From: an uncultured delta proteobacterium
GTDB taxonomy: Bacteria > Myxococcota_A > Polyangia > Fen-1088
Length of the DNA stretch: 64,000 nt
NCBI GenBank assembly: GCA_963737265.1
Contig: CAVTRY010000011.1
Location: forward strand, 160,001-224,000
Direction of reading: 5' to 3'
Shown: positions 19,165 through 31,023 of the stretch, piece by piece
Layout of the letters: every line of letters begins with the position of its first letter
Numbering within the stretch: position 1 is the stretch's first letter
The notes under the pieces: generated by a model
Databases searched by the model: none
What the model was told of the DNA's origin: nothing
Seen by the model: only the letters and a program-made list of their open reading frames with translations
Translations under genes and position numbers: made by a program

Positions 19165-21681
19165 TTACTTGCGCTTCAGGCAACGAGCCGCGGCGGCCGA
19201 CGCGGGAACGGAGACCGATTCATCCCCGCTGTGGGCCGCGGCTCGCAAAGCGGCGGCACCAGCGCCAGGATCGCAGGCGAGGCCCAGCGCCTCGACCGCC
19301 ATTCTTTGCACCGATGAGCGCGCATCGGAAAGAAGACGAGCCAGGGCCGCTATCGCCTCGTTGCCGCCCCACGTAGCCAAGGTCATGGCCGTGTCCGCAA
19401 TGACGCCTTCAAGCGAGATGTCCGCCTGCGATTCCTCTACAAGCCGGGAAAGAATTTCCACCAAGGCATGTTCGGTGCTGGGATCCTTTCTGTCGGCCAG
19501 TAATCGGGCGGCGAGGGCGCGCATGTCGGCGCTTTCGGGCAGTCGACCGAGCACGCGCAGCAACAGCGGCGTGGCGCGTGCGCCGTAGCAGTGCGCGAGC
19601 CCGACCAGCGCCGCCTGGCGGACATCATCCACATCTTTTTGTAACGCGCGAAGCATAAGCTCGCTGCCCTGGGGAACGCACAGCTCGCCGAGGGCCGCGA
19701 TCTCGGCCCGGCGGACCTGCGGCCATGGCTCCTGTTTTGCGCCGGAGATCAGCCGGTCTGCCGCGATCTTGTCACCCCTGTGGCCGAGACCCGCGGCGGC
19801 GCTTTCGCGCACGCGTGGATCGGTATCGTCCAAAGCCGCTCGCAGGGCGGGCAAGACGCCAGGTCCGTCCGCGCCCGCCAATTCGTCGACGGCAAGACTT
19901 CGTAACACCCCGTCGCCATTGTGCGCGCGCACCTCGATGAGCTCGTCGAGCGCGGCGGCGTCGTGCACAAGGCCGAGTCCCTGAATCGCGCGCGCCCGTT
20001 CTTCAAACGAGGCCTCGCTATGCAGAGGGGCTCGCAAGGCAGCCAGAACGGCGGGGTGCGCGTCGGTCTCGTGCGCCGAGAGCGCGCCGAGAATGGGAAG
20101 AAAGTCGGCCCGCCGTCCCGGGTCGGTCGCAGGCGTCGCCTCGGCGGCCGCCAGCACCGCCGCCAGCGCCGGCGTCTTCAGCCGAGAGGCAATCGAACGC
20201 ATGGTCCTGCGGATTTCAGCGCTGCCATGGCCGATGGCCACCAGCAGCTTGGCGCGTGCTTCGGGGCTGTCCAGCGCTGCAAGCAGGCGTGCCGCGCGCT
20301 CGCGATCCGCGTCGGGCCGCTTGTATTCGAGTAGGACCGACGCGATGGCTTCGACCGGAGATGCGGGCAAAACCGGCACCAACTTGAAAATGGCCTTTTC
20401 CTCCGTCGCCGACGATCCTTGCAAAGCGGCCACCAAGGCGGTTGCCGTGTCGGCGGTGGGCGCGATTCCGGCGCTCAACAGCGCCGCCAGTGCTTCAACC
20501 AGACACTCGCGTCCACTTCCGGGCGCGAGGCGTGGAATGGTCGTCGAAACCTTGGCAAGGGCAGGCGCGCCCAATCGGACCAGCAAGGGCTGGCGGGCCG
20601 CGCACGACGTGCCTTGCGACAGGCTTGCCACCAAACGGTCGATGGCGTCGGGACCATCGAGCTCGGTCATCACATCGATATCGGCGATAGACATGGCTGC
20701 TTTGGGCGAGGTCACGTCGCTTACGACGACGGTCACGCACGACGATGCCACCGGTTTGGGCAGAGCGATCCAGAACGGTTCGCGAAAGCGACGAGCGCCG
20801 CTGTCCGCGTCTTCCGCCAGCTCGACCTCCACGTTTTGCGCCGGATCGTGGCCGAAGATCAAGGTGAGCCGGCGTGGTCTCGCACTTGTGCGATAGCTTT
20901 TCTCGCTGCTGGCGTCGCCGGGCAACACGCGCAGTCCCGTGATGGCAAACCCGCCGCTCGAACGCGCAGTAAGCAGCTGGCCGCGACCGTCGCCCGCCGT
21001 CGACCACGTGGTGGCGGGATTGCCGTCGTTGACCGCCGTGGGTGGAGTGATTCGCGCCGCGTTCCCAGCCACCGACGGTGAGCTCGATGCGGCGGTGAAG
21101 AAGAAACCGCCCAACGGCTTGCCGGTGGGCATGCGTGCGTCGCCGCGCCGGGCTCGTAGCGAGGTCGCGGGTCGCGGGGGCAGGACGGGGTCGGCATTTT
21201 TGAATGTGCGGCTCGCAAAATCCCAGGTTCGGCGGAACAAGGGAACGGCCACGCCGTCGCAGCGGGAGAGCCGCGCTGCGGTCTGGTACTCCTCCACACC
21301 TTGGTCCGAGATGTTCGCGACCAGGCTGGTTTCGCTGTCGGCATCCTGCGCGCCGGCGATATTCCACCAAATAGGCCGGGGCACGCCAGCCGAAAGCTCG
21401 GCGATCCAGACCTCTTCGCGGGCGGGGCCGTCGCCGAGCACGGGGATGCGAACTTCAACCAGGCTGCGTCCGGACGCCGCGGCCGTGCGTACTTTCGCCT
21501 GGCCCCGCTGATTCTTCTCCGTGCGGGGAACAAAGGAAGCCACCGGCCTATCGCCCTCACGCAGGGTGAGCGCACCGTCGGCCTCCGTGGCTACGGAAAC
21601 ACCACCGACCTGTGCGCGAGCGGGACTGGCCGAGGCAGCCGCGAAGGCCGCGCTGATTGCAAACAGACGAAGGAAGATCAC
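19165..21681 (-). CDS. secreted discoidin-like plus HEAT-repeat protein
   Basis: Signal peptide, AVNDGNPATTW (F5/8 type C-like), C-terminal HEAT repeats (ALDDTDPRVRESAAAGLG). Confidence 0.75.
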   Translation of the reverse strand: MIFLRLFAISAAFAAASASPARAQVGGVSVATEADGALTLREGDRPVASFVPRTEKNQRGQAKVRTAAASGRSLVEVRIPVLGDGPAREEVWIAELSAGVPRPIWWNIAGAQDADSETSLVANISDQGVEEYQTAARLSRCDGVAVPLFRRTWDFASRTFKNADPVLPPRPATSLRARRGDARMPTGKPLGGFFFTAASSSPSVAGNAARITPPTAVNDGNPATTWSTAGDGRGQLLTARSSGGFAITGLRVLPGDASSEKSYRTSARPRRLTLIFGHDPAQNVEVELAEDADSGARRFREPFWIALPKPVASSCVTVVVSDVTSPKAAMSIADIDVMTELDGPDAIDRLVASLSQGTSCAARQPLLVRLGAPALAKVSTTIPRLAPGSGRECLVEALAALLSAGIAPTADTATALVAALQGSSATEEKAIFKLVPVLPASPVEAIASVLLEYKRPDADRERAARLLAALDSPEARAKLLVAIGHGSAEIRRTMRSIASRLKTPALAAVLAAAEATPATDPGRRADFLPILGALSAHETDAHPAVLAALRAPLHSEASFEERARAIQGLGLVHDAAALDELIEVRAHNGDGVLRSLAVDELAGADGPGVLPALRAALDDTDPRVRESAAAGLGHRGDKIAADRLISGAKQEPWPQVRRAEIAALGELCVPQGSELMLRALQKDVDDVRQAALVGLAHCYGARATPLLLRVLGRLPESADMRALAARLLADRKDPSTEHALVEILSRLVEESQADISLEGVIADTAMTLATWGGNEAIAALARLLSDARSSVQRMAVEALGLACDPGAGAAALRAAAHSGDESVSVPASAAAARCLKRK

Positions 21682-21749
21682 GATGTCTCTCGATACTGCC
21701 GTCGACGTCGGGGCGTCAAGGACAGATGCGGTCCACGGGAAAACCCCAG

Positions 21750-22271
21750 CTAGAACACGCGGGCCAGGTGCGCTCCCACCGTGATCTGGGTCGGCGTGGT
21801 CTCATGCCCGCCAGCCAAGCGAAGGGCGAAATAGTCGACGCGCGCGAGCAGCGAAAGGGTCAGGTGGCGCGAAACCAGGTAATCGGCGCCGATCCCGCCC
21901 TGCGGGCCCAGGTGCTGACCTTCGCGCATTCCGCCACCGCGAATATCGGCGACGGCAATTCCGAAATCGACGAAGGGCACCAGCCGTAGGACGTCGGCGG
22001 CCCACGTTAGGCCCGCCGACTGGGTGGTGAAATGGATGGCGGCGCCGGACGTCGGGATCCACGCGGTCTCAAGTCCAAGGCGAGCGGCCCACGAATCGCT
22101 GAGGCCGCGCAGCAGTCGGAATTCTACCTGTGCGCCAGCCCTCGACTGGTCTTGCACGGCGATGGCCAGGCCGACTCCGGCCGAAAGGCTGGCTTCGCCT
22201 TGACCGACGGCGCTGGCCGAGGCTGGCATGAGCCAGAGCGAGAACAGGGCAAAAGTCGGCCAAAAACGCAT
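21750..22271 (-). CDS. small outer-membrane beta-barrel protein
   Basis: Signal peptide, alternating amphipathic strands, terminal Phe. Confidence 0.65.
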   Translation of the reverse strand: MRFWPTFALFSLWLMPASASAVGQGEASLSAGVGLAIAVQDQSRAGAQVEFRLLRGLSDSWAARLGLETAWIPTSGAAIHFTTQSAGLTWAADVLRLVPFVDFGIAVADIRGGGMREGQHLGPQGGIGADYLVSRHLTLSLLARVDYFALRLAGGHETTPTQITVGAHLARVF

Positions 22272-22344
22272 TCGGCGGAAGGGACTTTACGCGAAAGGCG
22301 CGAGCTAGCCCAGATTGCATCTTGGTTTCAATCTGACGGCGGCA

Positions 22345-22373
22345 TTGACCCGCGGAGGTGCCTCTGTTATCTC
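22345..22373 (+). promoter_or_regulatory. sigma70-type promoter of yfgM-bamB
   Basis: TTGACC-17 bp-TATCTC with TG extension, ending 8 bp before the GTG start. Confidence 0.45.
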
Positions 22374-22381
22374 CACTAGCC

Positions 22382-23146
22382 GTGGCAAAGTCACTCAGCA
22401 AAGAACTGAAGCAGCCTGACGAGTTCGTAAGCTTCTGGACCCACCTGGGGGCCGCGATCGCCAAACACCGGCGAAAGGTGATCGGCGCGGTCGTCACCGT
22501 GGTCGTCGCAGGTGTCCTGGGGTGGGGAACCATGGTCTACCGCAACGGCCAGGCTGCCAAGGCAACCGCGGCGTTCGCTCGTATCGACCGCATTGCCACG
22601 GCCGGCTTGCTGCCGGAAAAGGCAAAAGGCGAGGATGCCAAGGCCGAGGACGCCAAACCTGAGGACGACGGCTTGCCTCACTTCAAGACCGAGAAGGAGC
22701 GTTTGGAGGCCGCGGTGAAGGAAGCCGACGCGTTTGTGGCGGCGTTCGGAGCCGATGGCCTCGGCCGAAAAGCGCTGTTCGGCAAGGCCGGCCGTCTGCT
22801 CGCCCTCGACCGCGCCGCGGAGGCCGCAACTATCTATGAAACCCTTTCGGCTGGCGAAACCGACCCGGACGTGAAGGCGATGGAGAGTGAAGGCTCCGCT
22901 GTCGCCAGCGAAGCGGAGGGCAAGCTGGACGATGCTCTGCGCGTCTACACCGCTCTTGCCGACGAAGGGCAGCACAATGGCAGCTTCTACGTGGACCGGG
23001 CGCTTTTCGCCAAGGCACGCGTCTTGGAAAAGCAGGGCAAGGCCAAGGACGCTGAAAAGGTCCTGCGCGAGATCCTGGACAAGGTGCCGAAGACCTCGTT
23101 GCGCCAGCAGATCGACGATCGCCTGGCGATCCTGGCCGAGAAATAG
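22382..23146 (+). CDS. YfgM-like TPR membrane-anchored protein
   Basis: KELKQPDEF, one TM, TPR helices; directly upstream of the BamB-like gene. Confidence 0.8.
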   Translation: MAKSLSKELKQPDEFVSFWTHLGAAIAKHRRKVIGAVVTVVVAGVLGWGTMVYRNGQAAKATAAFARIDRIATAGLLPEKAKGEDAKAEDAKPEDDGLPHFKTEKERLEAAVKEADAFVAAFGADGLGRKALFGKAGRLLALDRAAEAATIYETLSAGETDPDVKAMESEGSAVASEAEGKLDDALRVYTALADEGQHNGSFYVDRALFAKARVLEKQGKAKDAEKVLREILDKVPKTSLRQQIDDRLAILAEK

Positions 23147-23149
23147 GCA

Positions 23150-24323
23150 GTGGGCGCGCGCCGCACGGGCTTCGCAATGGGGATGACGTCGAGCCCGGGC
23201 TTGGGTTGTGCGCTGGCGTTGCTGCTCGTGGCGTGCTCGACCGCGACGGTTCGCCGCGAGATCACCGAACACCGCGATTATCCCGCGGGCGTGGCGCAGA
23301 TGCGCTGGCACACGCAAATCCATGCTTATCCACCGTCCGAATCGCACTCCGAGGAATGCGCGACCGGCGCCCTGGTGGGTTCACACCTGGTCCTGGGTTC
23401 GCGCGGTGGCGAGGTGGTCGGCGTGGACGTCGGATCGGGAGACGTGGTGTGGTCGACCCCGATTTCAGGAAGCGTCGACGGCGACGCTCGCTACGACAAG
23501 GGGCGCGGCCAAGTTTACGTCGGCAGCGACGACGGCTATCTGTACGCCTTCGATCCCGACCACGGCAAGATTCGTTGGGCGAGCAAGTTCAAGGGCGCCG
23601 TCGACCACGCGCCGGAAATCAGCGACCGCGGTCTCTTCCTCGCGACGGCGGCGGATCGTGTGTTCGCCGTGGACCCGAGCGATGGCAAGTCGCGCTGGCA
23701 GTACGAGCGCGAAACGCCCGAAGGGTTCACCATTCACGGCTATGCGGCACCGCGCATGCGCGACGGCGTGGTCTATGCCGGTTTCAGCGACGGTTACTTG
23801 ACCGCGCTGCAAGCCGATACCGGCGACCTCCTGTGGTCGCGTTCGCTCGCGGCGGCTTCGGATCAGTTCGTGGACGTGGATGCGACGCCCATCCTCCGGA
23901 GCGATCGGATCATCGCGGCTTCCTTTTCCGGCGGCGTTTACGCGCTCCGGCCCAAGGACGGCGACGTCCTCTGGCACATCCTTCTCGACGGCTGCAGCGC
24001 GCTGGCCATGGGGGCGACGAACTTTTATGCGGTCTCGCCGCGAGATGGCCTGGCGGCGGTGAGCTGGCAGGGGAATGTGCTGTGGCGGCAGGGCTTGCCC
24101 GATGCCGGAGACCTCACGGTTCCGGTCGAGGTCGGTCCCTACCTCGTGTTCAGCGGCAGTCGCGAAGGGCTGTTCGTTGTCGATCGCCGCGGCGGACAAG
24201 CTGCTGCAAATCTTCGACCCAGGACGGGGCATGTGCGCCGCTCCCACGGTGGACCAAGACGGCAAGGCGCTCTACGTGCTTGCCAACAGCGGTGTTCTTT
24301 ACGCTCTCGACTTGATTTGGTAG
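23150..24323 (+). CDS. BamB-like PQQ beta-propeller lipoprotein (frameshift near 24196)
   Basis: Lipobox VAC, repeated G..LW propeller blades, DVDATP; the C-terminus KLLQIFDPGRG...LYALDLIW lies in another frame. Confidence 0.8.
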
Positions 24324-24327
24324 GGAG

Positions 24328-24484
24328 TCAAGACGAGTCCATTTATGGACACGTCTTGAAGATTGTTGAAGGGAGGGCCGCGGCCCTCCCCTCGTCCGCG
24401 AAGTAAATTCGCGGACTTCACGCCACCTGCGGCCGAGCCCTTGGCTCGGCTGCTGAAGAACCCCCCCTTGTCCAACTGATGGAC
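24328..24484. repeat. cluster of five hairpins between convergent genes
   Basis: Stems at 24328-59, 24371-90 (perfect 20-bp palindrome), 24394-416, 24432-50 and 24470-84. Confidence 0.6.
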
Positions 24485-24491
24485 TGGTTCT

Positions 24492-25203
24492 TTAGTGCAA
24501 TCGGGCGGGACTTGGACCCGTGGTTAGGCGGCGTACCAGCTCCTTGATGCGCCGGCCGCCGCCAGCGTCGCGGGCGCGCCATTCGATACCGAAGACATTC
24601 TCTTCGCCTGTCTTGCCGGTCCAGGCAACACGGCCGATGAACGCCATCGGCACCTCGGCGCCCGGCGGTGCGATTTCGAGCACGACCTGGGAACCGTGGG
24701 GTACGGTGGCGGGCGACAGCACGAAAGCGCCGCCGCGGCCCACGTCGCGCAGCTTGCCCTGCAGACCCTCGTTGCTGCCGACCGGTCGCCAGCTGATGAG
24801 CAAGTCGACGGGAATGCGCTCGTGGCGTCGCCGGCTGTGGATGCTTGCACCCGAACGCGCCATCTCGAGCAGGTACTCGCATTTGGCCTGTTCGTCGGGC
24901 AGGAATTCAACGCCGATGCCGGCGCGGATTTTGAGCAGATGACGACCAGGGCGGCGCCAGGCGACACGCCCGTAAACGATCACCGGTGGCTGGCGGCGTC
25001 CCAAACGGACCTTCACCCTGACCATGTCGCCCACTTGAAGCTTTCCGCGCGTCGGACAGAACACGCCTCCGTTTCCTCCCGATGGCTGGTACCCCGTGAG
25101 AAACTCGCGCACATTCTTGATGACGAACTCGGGCGCCGAATCACTCGAACCGTTGGCATTCCCGTCTTGCTTGTGAAGGCTTGATTTTGTGTGCGCAGAA
25201 GGC

Positions 25204-25205
<2 letters not shown>
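24492..25205 (-). CDS. tandem PilZ-domain protein
   Basis: GGVFCPT...GRVAWRR...GIGVEF, then RRRHERIPV (RxxxR) and DVGRGG (DxxxxG). Confidence 0.85.
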
Positions 25206-27449
<2,244 letters not shown>

Positions 27450-27497
27450 TGCAGTCAGGGTTGGCGACTGGGGTGTTTTTCTGGTAGCGGTGTCTGT

Positions 27498-28304
27498 ATG
27501 GCAACCCGAGTTGGAGTGGTCCTGTCTGGCTGCGGCTCCGCGGATGGCTCCGAGATCAACGAGGCGGTGCTGGCGATGTACTGGATCGAGCGATGCGGTG
27601 GGCGGGTCGTGTGCATGGCCCCGGACGTCGCGCAAGCTCGTGTGGTCGACCATCTGACGCGGACGCAGGAGACGCAAGCGTCCCCACGTCGGGTGATGTC
27701 CGAGTCGGCGCGCATCGCGCGCGGTCAGGTGAGCGAGATTTCCACCGTGCGCGATACCGATCTCGACGCGCTTGTTTTTCCCGGCGGCAACGGCGTTGCC
27801 ACGGTGCTGTCGAACTACGCCGAAAAAGGCGTCGTCTGCGAAGTCCATCCCGAGGTCGCGCGTCTCCTGAAGGCGATGCTTGCCCGGCGGCGGCCGATGG
27901 GATTCATCTGCCTGGCCCCGATCCTGGCGGCGCGTGTGCTTGGGCCGGCGGCGGGCGTGCGCATCACCCTTGGCACCAAGGCATCGGTCGAATCCAAACA
28001 CGCGGCGGTCATGGGCGCGGATGTTCGGCCCTGCCCGGTGCGAGAGATCCTGGTCGACCAGAAGAACCGGGTGGTGTCGACGCCAGCCTACATGGTGGAC
28101 GACGTGCGGCTCTCCGAGGTGGCCATGGGCATCGAACGGCTGGTCCGCCAGGTTGTGGCGCTCACGCGCGACCGCCAGCCGCGCCCGCAAGCGGGGCCGA
28201 GCCAGGCCGCCACGAAACGCCCGCCAGCCGGCGTCCAGACCGCCCCTGGTGGCGTCGTGGTCCGCCGCCCGGGAAACCATCGGGACGGCCAGCGAACCGC
28301 GTAG
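27498..28304 (+). CDS. elbB: ElbB / ES1-family DJ-1-like glyoxalase
   Basis: VVLSGCGSADGSEINEAV, ESARIARG, PGGNG, GFICLAP and VSTPAYM motifs. Confidence 0.88.
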   Translation: MATRVGVVLSGCGSADGSEINEAVLAMYWIERCGGRVVCMAPDVAQARVVDHLTRTQETQASPRRVMSESARIARGQVSEISTVRDTDLDALVFPGGNGVATVLSNYAEKGVVCEVHPEVARLLKAMLARRRPMGFICLAPILAARVLGPAAGVRITLGTKASVESKHAAVMGADVRPCPVREILVDQKNRVVSTPAYMVDDVRLSEVAMGIERLVRQVVALTRDRQPRPQAGPSQAATKRPPAGVQTAPGGVVVRRPGNHRDGQRTA

Positions 28305-28335
28305 GAGCCGGGGTAAGCCCGGAGCGGGCTGGCGC

Positions 28336-28851
28336 CTAATCGTCCAGTCGGCGATTCTTCTTAATCTGGCCGAGCGCTTTCTGGTACTCGACTTCCCAGG
28401 TTGCGGTCCCTTCTTCCAGATTTTTGATGCGGCGGCGGACCTCGGCGTCGATTTCGTCGTCGATCTGCATGTGCCGCTTGAGGATGTCCGTCATCCGCTT
28501 GCGCAGGGTCGCGTCGTCGGCGAAAACCTCTTCCACATGAGGCGATTGCATGAATGACTCGATCATTTGCGTCGTCATCCAGTCGAGTCCCTCGTCGCCC
28601 AGCCCCAAGCCCTTTTCGGCCGCTAGTTGACGCTTGATCTTGCCGAAATGCTCGTAGGGCAGATTGCGCTTCTGCAGGAGATCCTTCGCCTTGTCGGTCA
28701 CTTCCCGCTCCAGGCGCAGGTATTCCTTGAGCACGGCCTGCACATCGAGCTCAGCTTCGGCTTGGTTGAGGACAGACAGGTCTTTGCTGTCGATCAGGGC
28801 CTTGACGATCTCGGACCCGATGACCGGAATCTTGCCAGTATAGAGACGCAT
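28336..28851 (-). CDS. DUF507-family protein
   Basis: MRLYTGK..., IDDEIDAEVRRRIKNLEEGTATWEVEY. Confidence 0.75.
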   Translation of the reverse strand: MRLYTGKIPVIGSEIVKALIDSKDLSVLNQAEAELDVQAVLKEYLRLEREVTDKAKDLLQKRNLPYEHFGKIKRQLAAEKGLGLGDEGLDWMTTQMIESFMQSPHVEEVFADDATLRKRMTDILKRHMQIDDEIDAEVRRRIKNLEEGTATWEVEYQKALGQIKKNRRLDD

Positions 28852-28936
28852 TTCTCCGCGGCTTCTATAAGAGGGCAAGGAGGCAGTCAAGGACGACCGC
28901 AAGACAAAGTTCGTGTCGCTTTGTTGTTCTCGGCCC

Positions 28937-28964
28937 TTGACAGGTGCCTCGCGGCAAGCAAAAT
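28937..28964 (+). promoter_or_regulatory. putative sigma70 promoter of tRNA-Met
   Basis: TTGACA-16 bp-CAAAAT followed by a GC-rich discriminator. Confidence 0.45.
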
Positions 28965-29017
28965 CGCCCGGCGTCGCTCGGCAGGCGTCCTAGAAGTAGC
29001 CGATGATACGAAAACAT

Positions 29018-29091
29018 GGCGGGTTAGCTCAGTTGGTTAGAGCAGGCGTTTCATACGCGCCGGGCCCTCGGTTCGAGTCCGAGATCCGCCA
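29018..29091 (+). tRNA. tRNA-Met(CAT), probably elongator; CCA not encoded
   Basis: Acceptor GGCGGGT/ATCCGCC, D arm AGCTCAGTTGGTTAGAGC, anticodon loop TTCATAC, T loop GTTCGAG. Ile2 cannot be excluded. Confidence 0.92.
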
Positions 29092-29139
29092 CTATCGAGA
29101 GTTCCGCTGCTGTTCGCGCGAGTCCGCGGTGCCTAGCAA

Positions 29140-29152
29140 AATCAGCAACTTA
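29140..29152 (+). promoter_or_regulatory. IHF-binding consensus in the att arm
   Basis: AATCAG-CAAC-TTA matches WATCAR-N4-TTR; followed by TGTTTTGA x3 and GGGGACCGGGG x2. Confidence 0.55.
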
Positions 29153-29263
29153 TCGCTGTTTTGATGTTTTGATGTTTTGACTCTGCCAATGTCCGGGGGA
29201 CCGGGGTGGGGACCGGGGAGAGGCGGCCATCCCCCGCCGCAAAATCTGGTACACTTGGGGCTC

Positions 29264-29527
29264 GTGACCCTTTCTATCGAGATACCAGAGGCGACCCTTC
29301 GGGCGCTGGGGCCTTCTTCTTCCGAGGCAGAGGGCAGGGTGCGCCTTGCGGCGGCCATGAAGCTACACGAGCTGGGGCAGTTGTCGTCCGGCGCCGCGGC
29401 TGCCCTGGCTGGCATTACCAGGGTCGAGTTCCTGTACAGGCCGGGGGAGTTCGGCGTCAACGCCTTCCAAGAAAGCCCGGAAGAGCTGGCCCGCGAACTG
29501 GCGGCGTTGCGATCCACCCGTGCCTGA
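29264..29527 (+). CDS. UPF0175-family antitoxin
   Basis: RLAAAMKLHELGQLSSGAAAALAGITRVEF; overlaps a DUF3368-like start. Confidence 0.85.
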   Translation: MTLSIEIPEATLRALGPSSSEAEGRVRLAAAMKLHELGQLSSGAAAALAGITRVEFLYRPGEFGVNAFQESPEELARELAALRSTRA

Positions 29528-29610
29528 AACCGTCTCGAATACGTCGCCGCTGATCTACCTGCACCTACTGCGCCGTCTTGAGCTGCTGCCGCTTCTGTTT
29601 GGCAAGGCAG
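29520..29610 (+). pseudogene. truncated DUF3368 (PIN-like) toxin
   Basis: MPETVSNTSPLIYLHLLRRLELLPLLFG matches the family N-terminus, then similarity stops. Confidence 0.75.
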
Positions 29611-29697
29611 GCGGCAATCGCTGCGCTGGCCGGGGAGGTGAAACCGTGAAGAACTTCGCACAGGCGAAGGCTAAAAGACCGCTGTCGGATCGTCTCA

Positions 29698-29949
29698 CTA
29701 CCGGAGGCGTTCGATTTGAGTCCTCGCGCATTCCATGATGCCGAGGTGTCTGACCATCTGCTTGACCTTGCCAACCTGTATTTCTGGATTCTTTCGCGCC
29801 CCATGTTCGCCAACCGGGAGACCTGGGAACGTCTTCTCGCCGAAAGTCACGACCCAGTTGTGCGTGCGCTCTTTCCGGGTATGCCCTGGGGCACAGTGGT
29901 CAAGCATCGCCCAGATGTCGGCCAGGGCTATGGTCCCTGACGAAGACAC
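29698..29949 (-). CDS. HicA-like small toxin candidate
   Basis: 83 aa, basic, with helix-beta3-helix pattern (RTHNWVV...PVGEHG...EIQVGKVKQMVRHLGI). Confidence 0.55.
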   Translation of the reverse strand: MSSSGTIALADIWAMLDHCAPGHTRKERTHNWVVTFGEKTFPGLPVGEHGARKNPEIQVGKVKQMVRHLGIMECARTQIERLR

Positions 29950-29955
29950 GAAAGG

Positions 29956-30429
29956 CTAAGCAGCCTCTCGTATTTCGTCGAAGGAATTGTCGCTTGCGGT
30001 GGCCTGCGTGTCGATCCGCCTGACCTCGATTTTGGGTGGGCATGAATCGGCATCCATTGCCTTCAGATCCGATAGCGATAGTTTGCCCGCCCGAACAGCC
30101 GCGACGGATTGAGCCCACACGTCCAGATTTGGTTCATTCACCTCCGAGAAGAACAGTTTGACTGACTCCTCGAAAGCCTCGAATGAGGTGGCGTCCGCAG
30201 CGATGTCGAAGAAGACGGATAGATAGCTCTTCTTGAATTCGCGGAATGCTTCCGACCGCTCGCGCCCGCCTCCAGCGACACCGCCTGGCTGGACGCCAAA
30301 CATCCAGATATCCCCGTCACCTTCATCTGTCAGCAGGACTCGTCCGCACACAGCCACATAGGCGACGAAACCGTTTCCAGAAACCGCGTCTCGAAAGGAA
30401 AAAACCAGTGGGTAGGTAGTAGCGTTCAA
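29956..30429 (-). CDS. HicB-like antitoxin candidate
   Basis: 157 aa, acidic, DEGDGDIWMFGVQPGGVAGGGRERSEAFREFK resembles the HicB partial RNase H fold; 6 bp upstream of the HicA-like gene. Confidence 0.5.
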   Translation of the reverse strand: MNATTYPLVFSFRDAVSGNGFVAYVAVCGRVLLTDEGDGDIWMFGVQPGGVAGGGRERSEAFREFKKSYLSVFFDIAADATSFEAFEESVKLFFSEVNEPNLDVWAQSVAAVRAGKLSLSDLKAMDADSCPPKIEVRRIDTQATASDNSFDEIREAA

Positions 30430-30648
30430 TGGTTCCCTCTGTTCTTTAGATTCGGCACTTCTTCATGCGTTCCTAAGAATACGCCCGTTTCCCTACGTCG
30501 GAAACGCCAGAAAGGCAAGGTAGGAAAGGGCAAGGGGCGTAAGTCTGGGGGTAACTGTGGGGGTAACTGTCCAAGCGCATCGACATAAACCAGAGTAGTT
30601 TCAGCTCGTTGCGTCGCCAGTTCGATGGCGAGATCCGCCACTCCTATC

Positions 30649-30981
30649 TCAACCCGCCGCAAGGCGGGCGCACAGCGCATTCCAGTCGGGGCCGGACGAG
30701 ATCAGCAGAATGCCCGCCCGCGCGGTGAAGCGCGGATCCACGTTCTCGTTTGAATTGCAATGCACGATGATTCCCGAGACCTTGATCTCGGTGGGTTCTC
30801 CATCGAGCTGAACCAGGACGTGAATCCGAGTTCCCACCGGGCGCGCGTCCGGCATGACGAGGAGCATGCCGCGGCTGCTGGCGTTCACGATGCGCGAGTG
30901 AATCGCCGGCCCTTGCATATCCAGGCGAATAATCGCGGTGGCGTCGAGCTCCATCCGCGGTCCATCCCAGCGTCGGTCCAT
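30649..30981 (-). CDS. PilZ-domain protein
   Basis: DRRWDGPR, NASSRGMLL, VSGIIVH and AGILL motifs. Confidence 0.75.
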   Translation of the reverse strand: MDRRWDGPRMELDATAIIRLDMQGPAIHSRIVNASSRGMLLVMPDARPVGTRIHVLVQLDGEPTEIKVSGIIVHCNSNENVDPRFTARAGILLISSGPDWNALCARLAAG

Positions 30982-31023
30982 ATCAGTCAGGGAAAACCTC
31001 TGCCGTCGTCCGGGGTCGAAGCG

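Larger units (their letters stand above)
29071..30642. mobile_element. tRNA-Met mini-island (no integrase) carrying TA modules
   Basis: Direct repeat GTTCGAnnnCGAGATCCGCCACT at 29071-93 and 30620-42 (14-bp perfect core, 20/23 overall); IHF-consensus site and TGGGGGTAAC arm repeats inside. Confidence 0.85.

Noticed and set aside
29150-29220. CRISPR or iteron array (TGTTTTGA x3, GGGGACCGGGG x2)
   Set aside because: The units are too short and have no spacers. They are better explained as att-arm accessory sites.
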